A stretch of DNA of 64,000 bases from an uncultured Prolixibacteraceae bacterium (GTDB lineage: Bacteria > Bacteroidota > Bacteroidia > Bacteroidales > Prolixibacteraceae): positions 2,490 through 66,489 of the forward strand of contig CAWFMB010000035.1 in NCBI GenBank assembly GCA_963816685.1, read 5' to 3'. Positions 1 to 9,908 of this stretch are shown here, in pieces (within the stretch, counting starts at the first letter, position 1; every line of letters starts with the position of its first letter). The notes under the pieces were generated by a model, which made no database searches, was not told where the DNA came from, and saw only the letters and a list, made by a program, of their open reading frames with translations. The translations under genes and the position numbers were made by a program.

Positions 1-1569
1 TGTGGCATTAAAAAAAATCTGTTTTGCCGACTGGTAGTAGCTATCATTTGGTGAATTGCCCAATAAAAAACCAAGCGCCCAAATGGTGCGGCCAAATGAA
101 TCTTCAGATCCAAGTTCATCGAGAAAATCCCTTTTAAAACTCAGGAAATTTCTAAACGTTCCATTGGGATTCTGCATATAATGAATGTAGCTCAAATAAA
201 CAGTAGACAATTCTAGTGAACGTGGGTCTTTTAGTTGTCTGTAATTCATCGTTATCATAAGCAACGCTCTTGCATTATCATCCATACAATACCCTTCCTT
301 TAAATTAGGTATACCAAATTTAGCATGTTGAATTATACCCGTATCATCAGTCATTCTATTGATATGCTTGAGCGAGAAGGAAGGCAAAACCAAAATATCT
401 ATTTCTTTATGGGCTGTTTCTATCTCTTTGGTCGCAACTTTCACAATTTCTTGAGCAACCTTACAGTATTTATCTCCTGTTTTTGGCCAGGTAATACCTA
501 ATCCATAATCATACGCTTTTTGCTTTATTGCATGTAATTCTTCTGGATTACCGAAAAGGCCTAATAATGTCGATGCTAGATCAGTAGGATCGTTAAAATT
601 AAATAATTTCCCTCGTCCATTTGCTAATAATTCCGCCGCATGCCAATAAGGTGTTGATACAACTCCAGCACCTATTCCTACTGCATACGAAAGCGTTCCA
701 CTGGTTATTTGTGCTTCATGCAAATAAGGTGTTATATATATATCACAGGCATATAGGTATTTGAATAATTCTTGCTCGTCAAGAAATTTGTTGAGAAACA
801 CCACATTTTTTTCCACATTAAGGCTTTTTGCCATACGCATAAGAGAAATACGGTATTCCTCGCCCGATTCGCGCAATACATTAGGATGGGTCTTGCCCAA
901 CACAATATAAAGTACATCAGGATGTTTTTTAACAATTTCTGGCAATGCTTTAATAACTGTTTCAACGCCCTTATTTCGACCCAAAAAACCAAAAGTGAAT
1001 AACACTTTCTTTTTTCCAAGTTTAAACTCATTACGGCAAGTTTCTGGTTCAAAATGAATGTCAGGAACGCCATGTTCAATCAGCGAAATTTTTTCTTTTG
1101 GCACATTGTATTCATCTACCAAAAATTCTATTGCCTTATTACTCATAACCACTACTTTATCTGCTATTTGGCAAATTTTACACAATGTCGTTTTTTGGCT
1201 ATACGATGGCGCTTTAAGTATAGTATGCAAAGTAACTATAAGAGGAATTTGTAATTTATGTAATAACGGAAGTATGTAATCGCCATCTCGTCCGCCAAAA
1301 ATGCCAAATTCGTGTTCAAGTATGCAAATATCGGAACCACTCAAGTTTATATATTCTACCGCCTCTAAATAATCTATTTGATGATCTTGTCGAATCACTA
1401 ATTTTACCTCTTCGGGATATTTATATGAAACATCATGGTCACTTAGAGCAACAATAAAACCCTTGTTCTCTTTATAATCACTATTTAAAATTGATTTGTA
1501 TAAATTGTTGGTAAAGGTGCCAATACCACACTCTCTAGGAGGGTAAGAAGCAATAAAAGTAAATTTCAT
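1..1569 (-). CDS. Glycosyltransferase family 4 (group 1) protein, N-terminal 523 aa; 3' end runs off the window start
   Basis: Absent from the ORF track because it has no stop in the window. Hand translation of the minus strand from the ATG (complement of 1567-1569) reads MKFTFIASYPPRECGIGTFTNNLYKSI... and stays open to base 1. GT-B/GT4-like segments are present (ILEHEFGIFGG, LFTFGFLGRNKGVE, TPYLHEAQITSGTLSYAVG). Confidence 0.8.
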   Translation of the reverse strand, partial: MKFTFIASYPPRECGIGTFTNNLYKSILNSDYKENKGFIVALSDHDVSYKYPEEVKLVIRQDHQIDYLEAVEYINLSGSDICILEHEFGIFGGRDGDYILPLLHKLQIPLIVTLHTILKAPSYSQKTTLCKICQIADKVVVMSNKAIEFLVDEYNVPKEKISLIEHGVPDIHFEPETCRNEFKLGKKKVLFTFGFLGRNKGVETVIKALPEIVKKHPDVLYIVLGKTHPNVLRESGEEYRISLMRMAKSLNVEKNVVFLNKFLDEQELFKYLYACDIYITPYLHEAQITSGTLSYAVGIGAGVVSTPYWHAAELLANGRGKLFNFNDPTDLASTLLGLFGNPEELHAIKQKAYDYGLGITWPKTGDKYCKVAQEIVKVATKEIETAHKEIDILVLPSFSLKHINRMTDDTGIIQHAKFGIPNLKEGYCMDDNARALLMITMNYRQLKDPRSLELSTVYLSYIHYMQNPNGTFRNFLSFKRDFLDELGSEDSFGRTIWALGFLLGNSPNDSYYQSAKQIFFNAT

Positions 1570-1673
1570 AGCTAAGAATTTGTTTTGGTTGATATTGAAG
1601 AAAATGTCCGTGATATTGATTTTTTCATTATCAATTTCAAATCACAGACACTTATTGAGTTAACGCAAAGTTG

Positions 1674-1784
1674 CTATTCTGATTTTTTTTCGCGTTTTAC
1701 AGCTTTAGCAGCTCTTTTTTCTTTTAGCAATTTTGCAGGTGCTTTATTGTCGCTTTTAACTTTTGAATCATTTCCTTTTGACAT
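1674..1784 (-). CDS. Possible 36-aa lysine-rich small protein
   Basis: Hand-read ORF ATG..TAG: MSKGNDSKVKSDNKAPAKLLKEKRAAKAVKREKKSE. It lies 105 bp upstream of the GT4 gene on the same strand. Below the track cutoff; no homology recognised. Confidence 0.3.
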   Translation of the reverse strand: MSKGNDSKVKSDNKAPAKLLKEKRAAKAVKREKKSE

Positions 1785-2059
1785 AGTTTTATATTTTTTT
1801 AAATGTACGACAATATTTACGACTTTCCCTTTTTTATTGATATCTGTGCAATATTATAATTGAGCCATTCGCTTCTTAGCTTTGATGCATATATGCCAGT
1901 TACTACAAAGGAATAGATACGCCTATCTTTCATTGGCATAGTCGATCTCTATATTAAATGTTTTATTAATTCTGTTGATAGCTGACTAAAAAAATAGAAA
2001 GGCCAGTTGCTAATAAATATGACTCTTGGCGGTCTGCAAGACCCAGCGAGGAGTCGGTG

Positions 2060-3503
2060 TTAAACTACACCCGCCGGGCTCAGAGCTATAAATTGCAAAT
2101 TGCATTGCGCGGTTCGTGCGGTGCGTTGTCTCCGCTCCTTTCTTGTAATCACCACGGCAATAACATTGGCTGCAGGAAACGCAATCCACAATCCGGTTTC
2201 TTTAAGTTGTGTATGCATGGAAAGCAGATAGGCTGCCGGAAATCGCAATACCCACAATGAAATTATTGCATGAATCATTGAAACAATTGTATTTCCGGTT
2301 CCGCGAAGTGCTCCGTTCAAAGCCATTTACACACCAATGAATCCAAATGACCAGGCCATTATTTTTACGAAATTACTGCTCAACCGGATAGTTTCAGATT
2401 CCCCGGGAATAAAAACCGCACAAATCTGCTGTGCAAAAACATAAATAATGGCACCGGCAATCGTAAGAAAAACAAAACCTGCAAGGCTGCTTAATTTTAG
2501 TACCTAATCTACTCTGTCCGGTTTTCCTGCGCCCATATTTTGTCCCACGAGCGTTGATGTTGCCATTGACAACCCCATTGCCGGAATGATTACAAAACTT
2601 AAAATTCTGCTGCCAATTCTGTAAGCTGCAGCTGTAAGTGTTCCGAAAGTGGTGACTAAAAAAGTCATAACTGTCATTCCAAGCACCCGGGTTGCCTGTT
2701 CAATTGAAGCAGGAAAATCAAGCTTAAACATCTTTTTAATTAAAAAAACATCGGGTTTTAAATCGGAAAGAAAAAGTTGTATCTGGTATTTACCTTTTAT
2801 CAGCAAGATAACTCCAATAATTGCTGCCAAACCTTGAGTAACAATAGTTGCCATTGCAGCGCCGGCAACACCAAAACCGGGAATATTTCCATATCCGAAA
2901 ATAAAAAGCGGATCTAAAAATCAGGTTCAAAAGAACAGTTCCCAGCACTATATAAACCGGTGTTTTTACATCGCCTACTCCCCGCATTAGCGACTGAAAA
3001 ATCATGTAAGTAAACATGAAAATCATGCCTGTAAATGAAATTTGAATATAGGTAACTGCACTTTCATTAACACCGGGTTCTGCACCCTTTAAACCAATCA
3101 GAAACAGCGACAGGGAAAAACCAATTGCAGCAAGTATCAGCGAAATTGTAAAAACCATCATCATGGTTTGTGCAGTGATATGGTTCACCATTTCCTGATC
3201 GTTTCTTCCTTTAAACTAGGCAACCAAAATTGTTCCGGCCATTGCAAGCCCGCCTCCCAGCGAAATAATCAGAAAAATAACGGGAAAACTAATTGAAACC
3301 GCTGCAATTGCATCAGTAACAACACGGCCAAACCAAAATGTATCAGTAAGCTGGTAAGTCGTTTGCAGAATATTGGCAAAAACAATTGGCACCGACAAAG
3401 ATATCAGTGATTTCAATATCGAACCTTCTGTTAATAAGGTATTGTTCCAATCCTCTGAACAGCATTTCAGCTGCAATGTTTTCAACCAAAATTTTCTTTC
3501 CAT
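2060..3503 (-). pseudogene. MATE family efflux transporter, disrupted (3 in-frame stops + 1 frameshift)
   Basis: Track ORFs 3216-3503, 2790-3191, 2504-2854 and 2060-2326 are consecutive pieces of one MATE protein. Hand reading shows four lesions: in-frame TAG at 3216-3218 (..AGTILVA*FKGRNDQEMVNH..), a frameshift in the A5 run near 2916-2920, in-frame TAG at 2504-2506, and in-frame TAA at 2327-2329 (..GFIGV*MALNGALRGTGNT..). Confidence 0.85.
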
Positions 3504-3646
3504 AAAAAAACAATTAAAATCGATTCATATTCCTGTTTAAAAAACTTTTATCAACAATCAGATTTAAAAAGCATTAATTTCTTACCTGCTTTTTTATTAA
3601 TTTTTAATTTCGGCATCTGTACAGTGGATGCTTAATACTTTTAAAG

Positions 3647-4792
3647 ATGAGAAAAAAACCGTCGTATAAAGAGTTGGAAAATCAATTGCAGGAGCTTCGG
3701 AAAACCGGTGAGGAAAAATTCAAACAACTTCTTAAAAATTCGTTTGACATTCTTGTACTGATTGATTCAAACGGGATTCAACATTACGTAAGCGATTCGT
3801 GTGAAAAAATACTGGGCTACAAACCGGAAGAATTAACAAATATTCCGGTCATCGAAAAAATGGTCCATCCCGATGATCAGGAAAAAACAATAGTTGGTTT
3901 AAAAGGAATTCTTCAGAACCACGAATATGGCGGTACGCAATACAGGCACCGGCATAAAAACGGTGGTTGGGTATATTTGGAAGCATTCGGAACAAATCAG
4001 CTGGATAATCCTGCAATAAAATCGGTAGTATTGAATGTCAGGGATATTACCAAAAGAAAAAATGCAGAACAAGCTTTAAAGGAAAGCGAAACCCGGCTGA
4101 GTGAATTGAATGCCACCAAAGATCGCTTTTTTTCAATTATTGCTCACGACATGAAATCACCTTTTCACAGTATCCTGGGATTAAGCGAGCTTTTATCAGA
4201 ACAAATCAGGGAAAACAACTACAAAGGACTTGAAAAATATGCTTCGCTAATTCAAAAGTCATCGCAGCAGGCGCTAAATCTGCTCACTAATTTACTTGAA
4301 TGGTCGCGTTCACAAACAGGCCGGATTGAATTCAATCCTGAATACCTTGAACTGGTAAAACAAATCAATTCAGGCATTGAATTGTTAAATAATTATGCGC
4401 TGCAAAAATCTATTTCAATCACCAAAAATCTACCTGCTTCCATTCCTGTTTTTGCAGATAAGGCGATGACAGAAACTATTTTACGTAATCTTATTTCAAA
4501 TGCGATTAAGTTTACTTCGCCTGGCGGAAAAATAATAATCGGTGCCAAATCAAATCAGAACGAAGTTATAATTTGGGTAAAAGACAATGGTGTGGGAATT
4601 GCAAAAGAAGATGCCGAAAAGTTGTTCCGCATAGATCACAGTCATTCAACACCGGGTACTCAGCGGGAAACAGGAACAGGATTGGGGTTGTTAATCTGCA
4701 GGGAATTTGTTGATTTACACAGCGGCCGGATTTGGGTAGAATCCGAATGTGGAAAAGGAAGCACGTTTTATTTCACCCTCCCTTCGGAATAA
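3647..4792 (+). CDS. PAS domain sensor histidine kinase
   Basis: 381 aa. N-terminal PAS-like region, H-box FFSIIAHDMKSP, and an HATPase_c region with NLISNAIKFT, DNGVGI and GTGLGL boxes. Confidence 0.9.
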   Translation: MRKKPSYKELENQLQELRKTGEEKFKQLLKNSFDILVLIDSNGIQHYVSDSCEKILGYKPEELTNIPVIEKMVHPDDQEKTIVGLKGILQNHEYGGTQYRHRHKNGGWVYLEAFGTNQLDNPAIKSVVLNVRDITKRKNAEQALKESETRLSELNATKDRFFSIIAHDMKSPFHSILGLSELLSEQIRENNYKGLEKYASLIQKSSQQALNLLTNLLEWSRSQTGRIEFNPEYLELVKQINSGIELLNNYALQKSISITKNLPASIPVFADKAMTETILRNLISNAIKFTSPGGKIIIGAKSNQNEVIIWVKDNGVGIAKEDAEKLFRIDHSHSTPGTQRETGTGLGLLICREFVDLHSGRIWVESECGKGSTFYFTLPSE

Positions 4793-4901
4793 ATTCCATT
4801 TAAAATTGTTTCAGCAGACAAAATGACCACCAATTAAACTTATGATTATTTAAGAAGCAATACTTTCATCAATTCTTCGTTCATGAATAAAAAACAATTT
4901 C

Positions 4902-5294
4902 ATGAAAAGAATTATTATTGTTACCGGAATAAGTCTGGTCATTTTAATCTGCGGTGCAATTTTTACAGTTCATATCCTGAATGGCCGCAAAGTAAAAGAA
5001 AATATTGCAATGGTCAAACAGCAATATCCCGGCACTGCGGAAGATGCTTTAATCGCTTTTCTTTTAGATGAAAATAATCCTTCACGGGAAAGAACGCACA
5101 CTGCCATCTGGACTCTTGGACAAATTAAGTCAGAAAAAGCTTTACCCGTTCTTGAAAAGTTTGACTTAAATGATCCGGAAGGTAAAACCTGTAAAGGCAA
5201 ACATGACTCACTGCTTTGCCAGTACGAAATTCACAAAGCAATCGTACATATCAAAAGGAAATGGTATTTATCGCATACAAAACTAAATGTTTAG
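4902..5294 (+). CDS. Membrane-anchored hypothetical protein with HEAT-like repeat
   Basis: 130 aa. N-terminal TM helix (IIIVTGISLVILICGAIF). The segment RTHTAIWTLGQIKSEKALPVLEKF resembles PBS-lyase HEAT-like repeats. Confidence 0.5.
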   Translation: MKRIIIVTGISLVILICGAIFTVHILNGRKVKENIAMVKQQYPGTAEDALIAFLLDENNPSRERTHTAIWTLGQIKSEKALPVLEKFDLNDPEGKTCKGKHDSLLCQYEIHKAIVHIKRKWYLSHTKLNV

Positions 5295-5473
5295 CAATGT
5301 CAGGCTAATTTTTCTGTTACAAATCCTTAACAATAATCCAGGATAATTACAATTCAACAATAATGATTGCCTGTCGGTAATAAAAAACCGGTAATTTAAT
5401 TCCTTATAAGCCTCGCGCAATTATTTAGATTAGTTGAATTAGGTGCTTTACGCATATTTCTCAAAAAGAAATG

Positions 5474-5590
5474 AACCCTGCGGGTTCAAATGTTTATAGA
5501 AAGAGTTTCAATAACTTGTAATGCGACCCTGGCCAGGGTCGAACGGCTACCTGTCGGATCATTTGTATAAACATACGAGGTCTCCGGCAT
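5474..5590. repeat. Cluster of short GC-rich hairpins flanked by inverted ATGTTTATA / TATAAACAT words (REP/MITE-like)
   Basis: Contains AACCC-TGC-GGGTT (5474-5486) and the perfect palindrome GACCCTGGCCAGGGTC (5525-5540). ATGTTTATAGA (5490-5500) is inverted relative to TTTGTATAAACAT (5562-5574). Confidence 0.45.
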
Positions 5591-5902
5591 CAAAAAACTT
5601 GTGGTTAAAGATTTTGCTGTTATGTACAAAGTGCCTGATTCAATTGATTAAATTTAGTATTTTGATGACGCTAAATAACATGAAACGAACATGTTTGCAG
5701 ATAACACAAACAACCATGAACAAAATACATGTGAGTTCCCTGCCCCATAGTCAGCGGGCACCGGGTGAAAAAATGGATAAAGAGATAAAGTTTAACCAAC
5801 AACTAATGAGTAATACAATAATTTGTACAGATGAAACGAGCATGGTTAATATTTACCATACAGAAATGATTGTATTCCATGCGAGTTACATGAGTTACCA
5901 TT

Positions 5903-5955
5903 GAAAATAATAAATATAAACGAATGAAAATAATAAATATAAACGAATGAAAATA
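5903..5955. repeat. 23-bp tandem duplication (2 full copies + partial)
   Basis: GAAAATAATAAATATAAACGAAT occurs at 5903-5925 and 5926-5948, followed by GAAAATA. Confidence 0.85.
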
Positions 5956-6038
5956 TTGAACAGATCTTTGCAATAAATAAGAATAGTTCCTTAACTTGAA
6001 ACCAACTGTTTATTTCTGAATCAAAAGACTAAAAACTT

Positions 6039-7376
6039 ATGAAGCGAAGAGACATCTTAAGAAGTTCTGCTTTTCTGCCTTTTATTTCTTTTCCAGCAAT
6101 TGCGGGTAATATTTCTGCAAATGATAAAAGTGAAATCCCGGAAAGATTTAACGGCGATTACAGAAATGTTAAAATCAAAAAAGTAAAATCCATTGTCACT
6201 GCCCCAAACGGTATTGAACTGATTGTAGTTAAAGTGGAAACCAATCAGCCAGGTTTATATGGAGTTGGATGTGCCACTTTCCGGCAGCGGGCAAAGGCAG
6301 TTGCGACAGCTATTGATGAATACCTTGATGATTTTTGCAGGGACCGCGATGTGAACAACATCGAAGACATCTGGCAAACGGCTTATGTAAGTTCATACTG
6401 GCGAAATGGTCCGGTGCTGAACAATGCACTTAGCGGTCTGGACCAGGCTCTGTGGGATATAAAAGGCAAAATGGCCGGTATGCCGGTGTACCAGTTGCTG
6501 GGCGGGAAATGCCGCTTTGCAGTTGATACCTATACACATGCAAGCGGCAGAACTCCGGAAGAAACACTTGAAAGTGTTCAAAATTACATGGAACAAGGTT
6601 TCCGGCATGTCAGGATTCAATTGGGCGGTTATGGCGCCACCCACCTTACCAATGAACCCGATTACAAAAAAAACGGCTTCGGGATGCCTGATGATAATAC
6701 AATGAATGAACATGCCTACTCATCGGGTGTGGTGAAAATGTTCGATTTAGTGCGGCAAAAAGCAGGTGAAGATGTTGAGTTGCTTCATGACATTCATGAA
6801 CGGCTGCAACCAATGGATGCCATCAACCTGATAAAAAACCTTGAACAATACAGGCCTTATTTTATTGAAGATCCATTCTCTCCGGAAAATATCGGCTGGT
6901 TTGAACTGCTGCGCAAACAAACCAGCGTTCCGATTGCAATGGGTGAATTGTATAATAATCCGAACGAATGGCTTGAACCAATGAGCAACAGGATGTTTGA
7001 TTTTATCCGGATACACATTTCACAAATTGGCGGAATTACACCAGCCATGAAAGTAGCCCGTCTGGGTGAATGGTTTAACGTGCGAACAGCCTGGCATGGT
7101 CCCGGCGATGTGTCGCCGATTGGTCATGCGGCTAATGCGCATATCGATTTGGCAGTTTGGAATTTCGGTATTCAGGAGGCGCCGCGAATAAATGACAAAT
7201 TGCGCGAAGTTTTTCCCGGTTCACCAACTGTGAAAAATGGTTTTATGCATGTAAACGAAGCGCCGGGACTGGGAATCGATATTGATGAAAAAGAAGCAGC
7301 AAAATATCCGTTACCGGAATTTAATTACAACTGGACACAGGTACGCAAAAATGACGGAACTGCAATCCGCCCTTAA
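6039..7376 (+). CDS. Enolase-superfamily dehydratase, D-mannonate dehydratase (ManD)/RspA-like, with Tat signal
   Basis: 445 aa. N-terminus MKRRDILRSSAFLPF. The core IEDIWQTAYVSSYWRNGPVLNNALSGLDQALWDIKGKMAGMPVYQLLGG closely resembles the RspA/ManD subgroup. Confidence 0.8.
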   Translation: MKRRDILRSSAFLPFISFPAIAGNISANDKSEIPERFNGDYRNVKIKKVKSIVTAPNGIELIVVKVETNQPGLYGVGCATFRQRAKAVATAIDEYLDDFCRDRDVNNIEDIWQTAYVSSYWRNGPVLNNALSGLDQALWDIKGKMAGMPVYQLLGGKCRFAVDTYTHASGRTPEETLESVQNYMEQGFRHVRIQLGGYGATHLTNEPDYKKNGFGMPDDNTMNEHAYSSGVVKMFDLVRQKAGEDVELLHDIHERLQPMDAINLIKNLEQYRPYFIEDPFSPENIGWFELLRKQTSVPIAMGELYNNPNEWLEPMSNRMFDFIRIHISQIGGITPAMKVARLGEWFNVRTAWHGPGDVSPIGHAANAHIDLAVWNFGIQEAPRINDKLREVFPGSPTVKNGFMHVNEAPGLGIDIDEKEAAKYPLPEFNYNWTQVRKNDGTAIRP

Positions 7377-7421
7377 ATGATGCCAACGATACTGAATACT
7401 AATGTCCTAATATTATAAAAG

Positions 7422-8441
7422 ATGGAAACACGTCGGAAATTCATAAAAAAAACAGCAGCTTTTTCAGTGGCAGGAGTGCTTTCAAACTGGGCTTTTAATG
7501 CATTTGGGCAAGATCGCCTTGGTGAAGTTTTGCCACAACGGCAACTTACACGTAATGGTGAAAAAGTAACTTCATTTACTTTGGGCGGTTATCATTCTGC
7601 CAAATCTTTAAATCCGGCACAGTCGGAAGAACTACTTGAACGTGCAATTGAACTTGGTGTACGTTTCTTCGATAATGCCCGTGGTTATCACAGTGGAACT
7701 GCAGAAGAATATTACGGCAGATTTTTGACTCCGAAATACCGCGATGACATTTTTCTGATGACAAAATCGCACGGAAAATCAAAGGAAGAAGTTCAAAATC
7801 ATCTGGGCGAATCTTTGCAGGCAATGAAAACTGACCACCTTGATTTGTGGACTATTCATACCATTTCGTCCATTGAAGATGCGGATCGTCGAATTAATCA
7901 GGGCGTTCTCGATTATTTTCTTGAAGCAAAAGAAAAGGGGAAAACCCGGTATATTGGATTTAGTTGCCATACCAATCCGAAAGTAGCACTTTATTTTCTG
8001 GATTTTCTTGATAAAAGAGGAATTGAACTGGATACATGCCAGTTTCCTGTAAATGTTTGTGATGCAAGTTTTGAATCTTTCCAAAAACAACTGCTACCTG
8101 TTTTACTTGAAAAAAAATATGGTATTGTTGCAATGAAAACAATGGCTGGCGGTGGAATTATCGGCCGCCGGTTCGATCTGACACCCGCTGAATTTAAGGA
8201 TGAAGAAATCAAAAACATTACAAAGGAAAGTGCAGTTACCATGGATCAGTTGCACCAGTATGTATATTCTTATCCGGTTTCAACGCTTGTCAGCGGTTGC
8301 GAAAACGTTCAGGAACTGGAACATAACGTTGATATTTTGAAAGGTCTAAACAAACTGTCAGAAGCAGAAATGGAGAAAATTGCTGAACTTGCACAGCCCT
8401 TTGCCGGCAGATTTGCAGAGCATTACAAACGTATTTTATAA
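7422..8441 (+). CDS. Aldo/keto reductase with Tat signal
   Basis: 339 aa. METRRKFIKKTAAFSVAGVL signal; AKR-like FFDNARGYHSGTAEEYYG and DLWTIH motifs. Confidence 0.85.
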   Translation: METRRKFIKKTAAFSVAGVLSNWAFNAFGQDRLGEVLPQRQLTRNGEKVTSFTLGGYHSAKSLNPAQSEELLERAIELGVRFFDNARGYHSGTAEEYYGRFLTPKYRDDIFLMTKSHGKSKEEVQNHLGESLQAMKTDHLDLWTIHTISSIEDADRRINQGVLDYFLEAKEKGKTRYIGFSCHTNPKVALYFLDFLDKRGIELDTCQFPVNVCDASFESFQKQLLPVLLEKKYGIVAMKTMAGGGIIGRRFDLTPAEFKDEEIKNITKESAVTMDQLHQYVYSYPVSTLVSGCENVQELEHNVDILKGLNKLSEAEMEKIAELAQPFAGRFAEHYKRIL

Positions 8442-8457
8442 ACCGGTATAAAAAAAC

Positions 8458-8479
8458 GGAGGGGGTCAACACCCCCTCC
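8458..8479. terminator. Hairpin between convergent genes (bidirectional terminator candidate)
   Basis: GGAGGGGGT-CAAC-ACCCCCTCC, a perfect 9-bp stem. The A-run on its left gives a U-run for the minus-strand gene 8543-9085. Confidence 0.6.
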
Positions 8480-8542
8480 GCCATTGTCAATCAATCAATT
8501 AAGCAATTTAAAACAAATTCTAAATTACTCGGTTCAATATTT

Positions 8543-9085
8543 TTATAACGAATGCCCTTCATAAACTGCCGATTCTTCAAGCATTACCAAATCACCATCG
8601 AAGGTGAGGTGCCCGGCTCTTAACCCGGTTAAATCAGCAGTTGCCTGTCCGGTTGGTCCAATATTCAGATGTAAATCATATATACCAATTGGTGTCATCA
8701 CACTCATTTTCAGGAAAAAGGTATTTTTCTTTTCATTTTCCTTTAATTCCCAATTGCTAATTTCACCTTTTGCTGTAATTCCGCCAACACCATTGGGACC
8801 GTAACCACTGTTTGAACCAATCTGAATAACTGCTTCAGAAGAATCAACCATTACAAAATTAATGGTTGGATTTACCAAAATCCGGTTTCCATACTTATCC
8901 TGAAGATAATCCGTTTCCAGTACAAAATTTTTATTTTCCAGCATGTTTTTAGTCATCATAAACTTTTGTTCCGCCTCGGCTTTTCGCCTTTCCTTTTTTG
9001 TTAATTTCAATTCATTTTCCTGATTCTGGGCAAAAACAAAATTTGCTGAAATTGCTAATATTAATAGTATAAATAACTTTTTCAT
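8543..9085 (-). CDS. Secreted hypothetical protein (DUF4251-like)
   Basis: 180 aa. Signal peptide MKKLFILLILAISANFVFAQ, Lys/Glu-rich linker, NFVLETDYL...G core and C-terminal ..YEGHSL. Resembles Bacteroidota DUF4251 proteins from memory. Confidence 0.6.
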   Translation of the reverse strand: MKKLFILLILAISANFVFAQNQENELKLTKKERRKAEAEQKFMMTKNMLENKNFVLETDYLQDKYGNRILVNPTINFVMVDSSEAVIQIGSNSGYGPNGVGGITAKGEISNWELKENEKKNTFFLKMSVMTPIGIYDLHLNIGPTGQATADLTGLRAGHLTFDGDLVMLEESAVYEGHSL

Positions 9086-9549
9086 ATTTTTTCTCCTTCG
9101 TTATACATATAACAATCAAGCTTTATTCCATATTATATCCAATTGAAGGAAATTAAGATTCATTAGTATGTTTTAACAAAATTAAACATGTTTCATCTTA
9201 CATAACAGCTTTATCAATTGCTCATTACAAGAAAAAAGAATAAGGAAATTTTCGCTGTTCAGTCCAATTTTAATCATCCATTTTGAAATAAAATCCATCC
9301 AAAAGGAAGGATTCAATCCTGGTGGTTACGAATCACTTTAAATATCCGGTGGGGAAAAGATAAAACTGATAAAGCAATGCATAATCAACTGTTTTTGTAT
9401 GGATGCAAAGAAGCAACCATAATAACCACATATAGAAATGAATTGGAGAAAAAGAACATTGAGCCGACTATTAACTGTATCCTGAACCAAATGCAGTTAT
9501 GACTTCCCACAAGAGAAGGTTCTGAAGCATTTTTCCCGCTATCCGGACT

Positions 9550-9593
9550 ATACCTTCGATATACCATCGATATACCTCCGATATTAAATCGCG
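9550..9593. repeat. 11-bp periodic direct repeat tract
   Basis: ATACCTTCGAT / ATACCATCGAT / ATACCTCCGAT / ATTAAATCGCG, contiguous, inside an 823-bp gene-less gap. Confidence 0.8.
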
Positions 9594-9908
9594 AACCAAC
9601 CCCGTCCAATGTATAGGGAAGGTATGGAGAAAACCGGTAGAAAACTGCTTTAGAAGAAGTACAAATCCTGCAGTTAAAAAAACATTACCTCTTATCCTTT
9701 TAAGACCACTTCTGCACTATTTTTTATTCAAATTTATGCAAAGAAACCTATAACTTCCTGATAAAAACTTTAAAAGCTACAGTAGAGAAGTTTTTAATAC
9801 TCCGTTTATTGTCAGGATGAATGAAGAATGAGGATTAAAATATTTTTATTCCACCTGAAAATTAAAATGTTCCGCAGGTACTTTCAAAGAATGAAGAAAA
9901 AAACAGGA

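Noticed and set aside
732-1279. Track ORFs 732-1079(-), 772-1002(+), 1054-1254(+), 1058-1279(+)
   Set aside because: All lie inside, and out of frame with or antisense to, the partial GT4 glycosyltransferase CDS that spans 1-1569 on the minus strand.
2060-3503. Stop-codon reassignment or programmed read-through explaining the in-frame TAG/TAA in the MATE gene
   Set aside because: Other genes in the window terminate normally at TAA/TAG/TGA with sensible lengths. The same gene also has a frameshift, so decay is the simpler explanation.
5521-5904. 127-aa ORF in the 5.3-6.0 kb gap
   Set aside because: It starts inside the hairpin cluster and has no recognisable motifs. Its composition is odd, and the frame is probably open by chance in AT-rich DNA.
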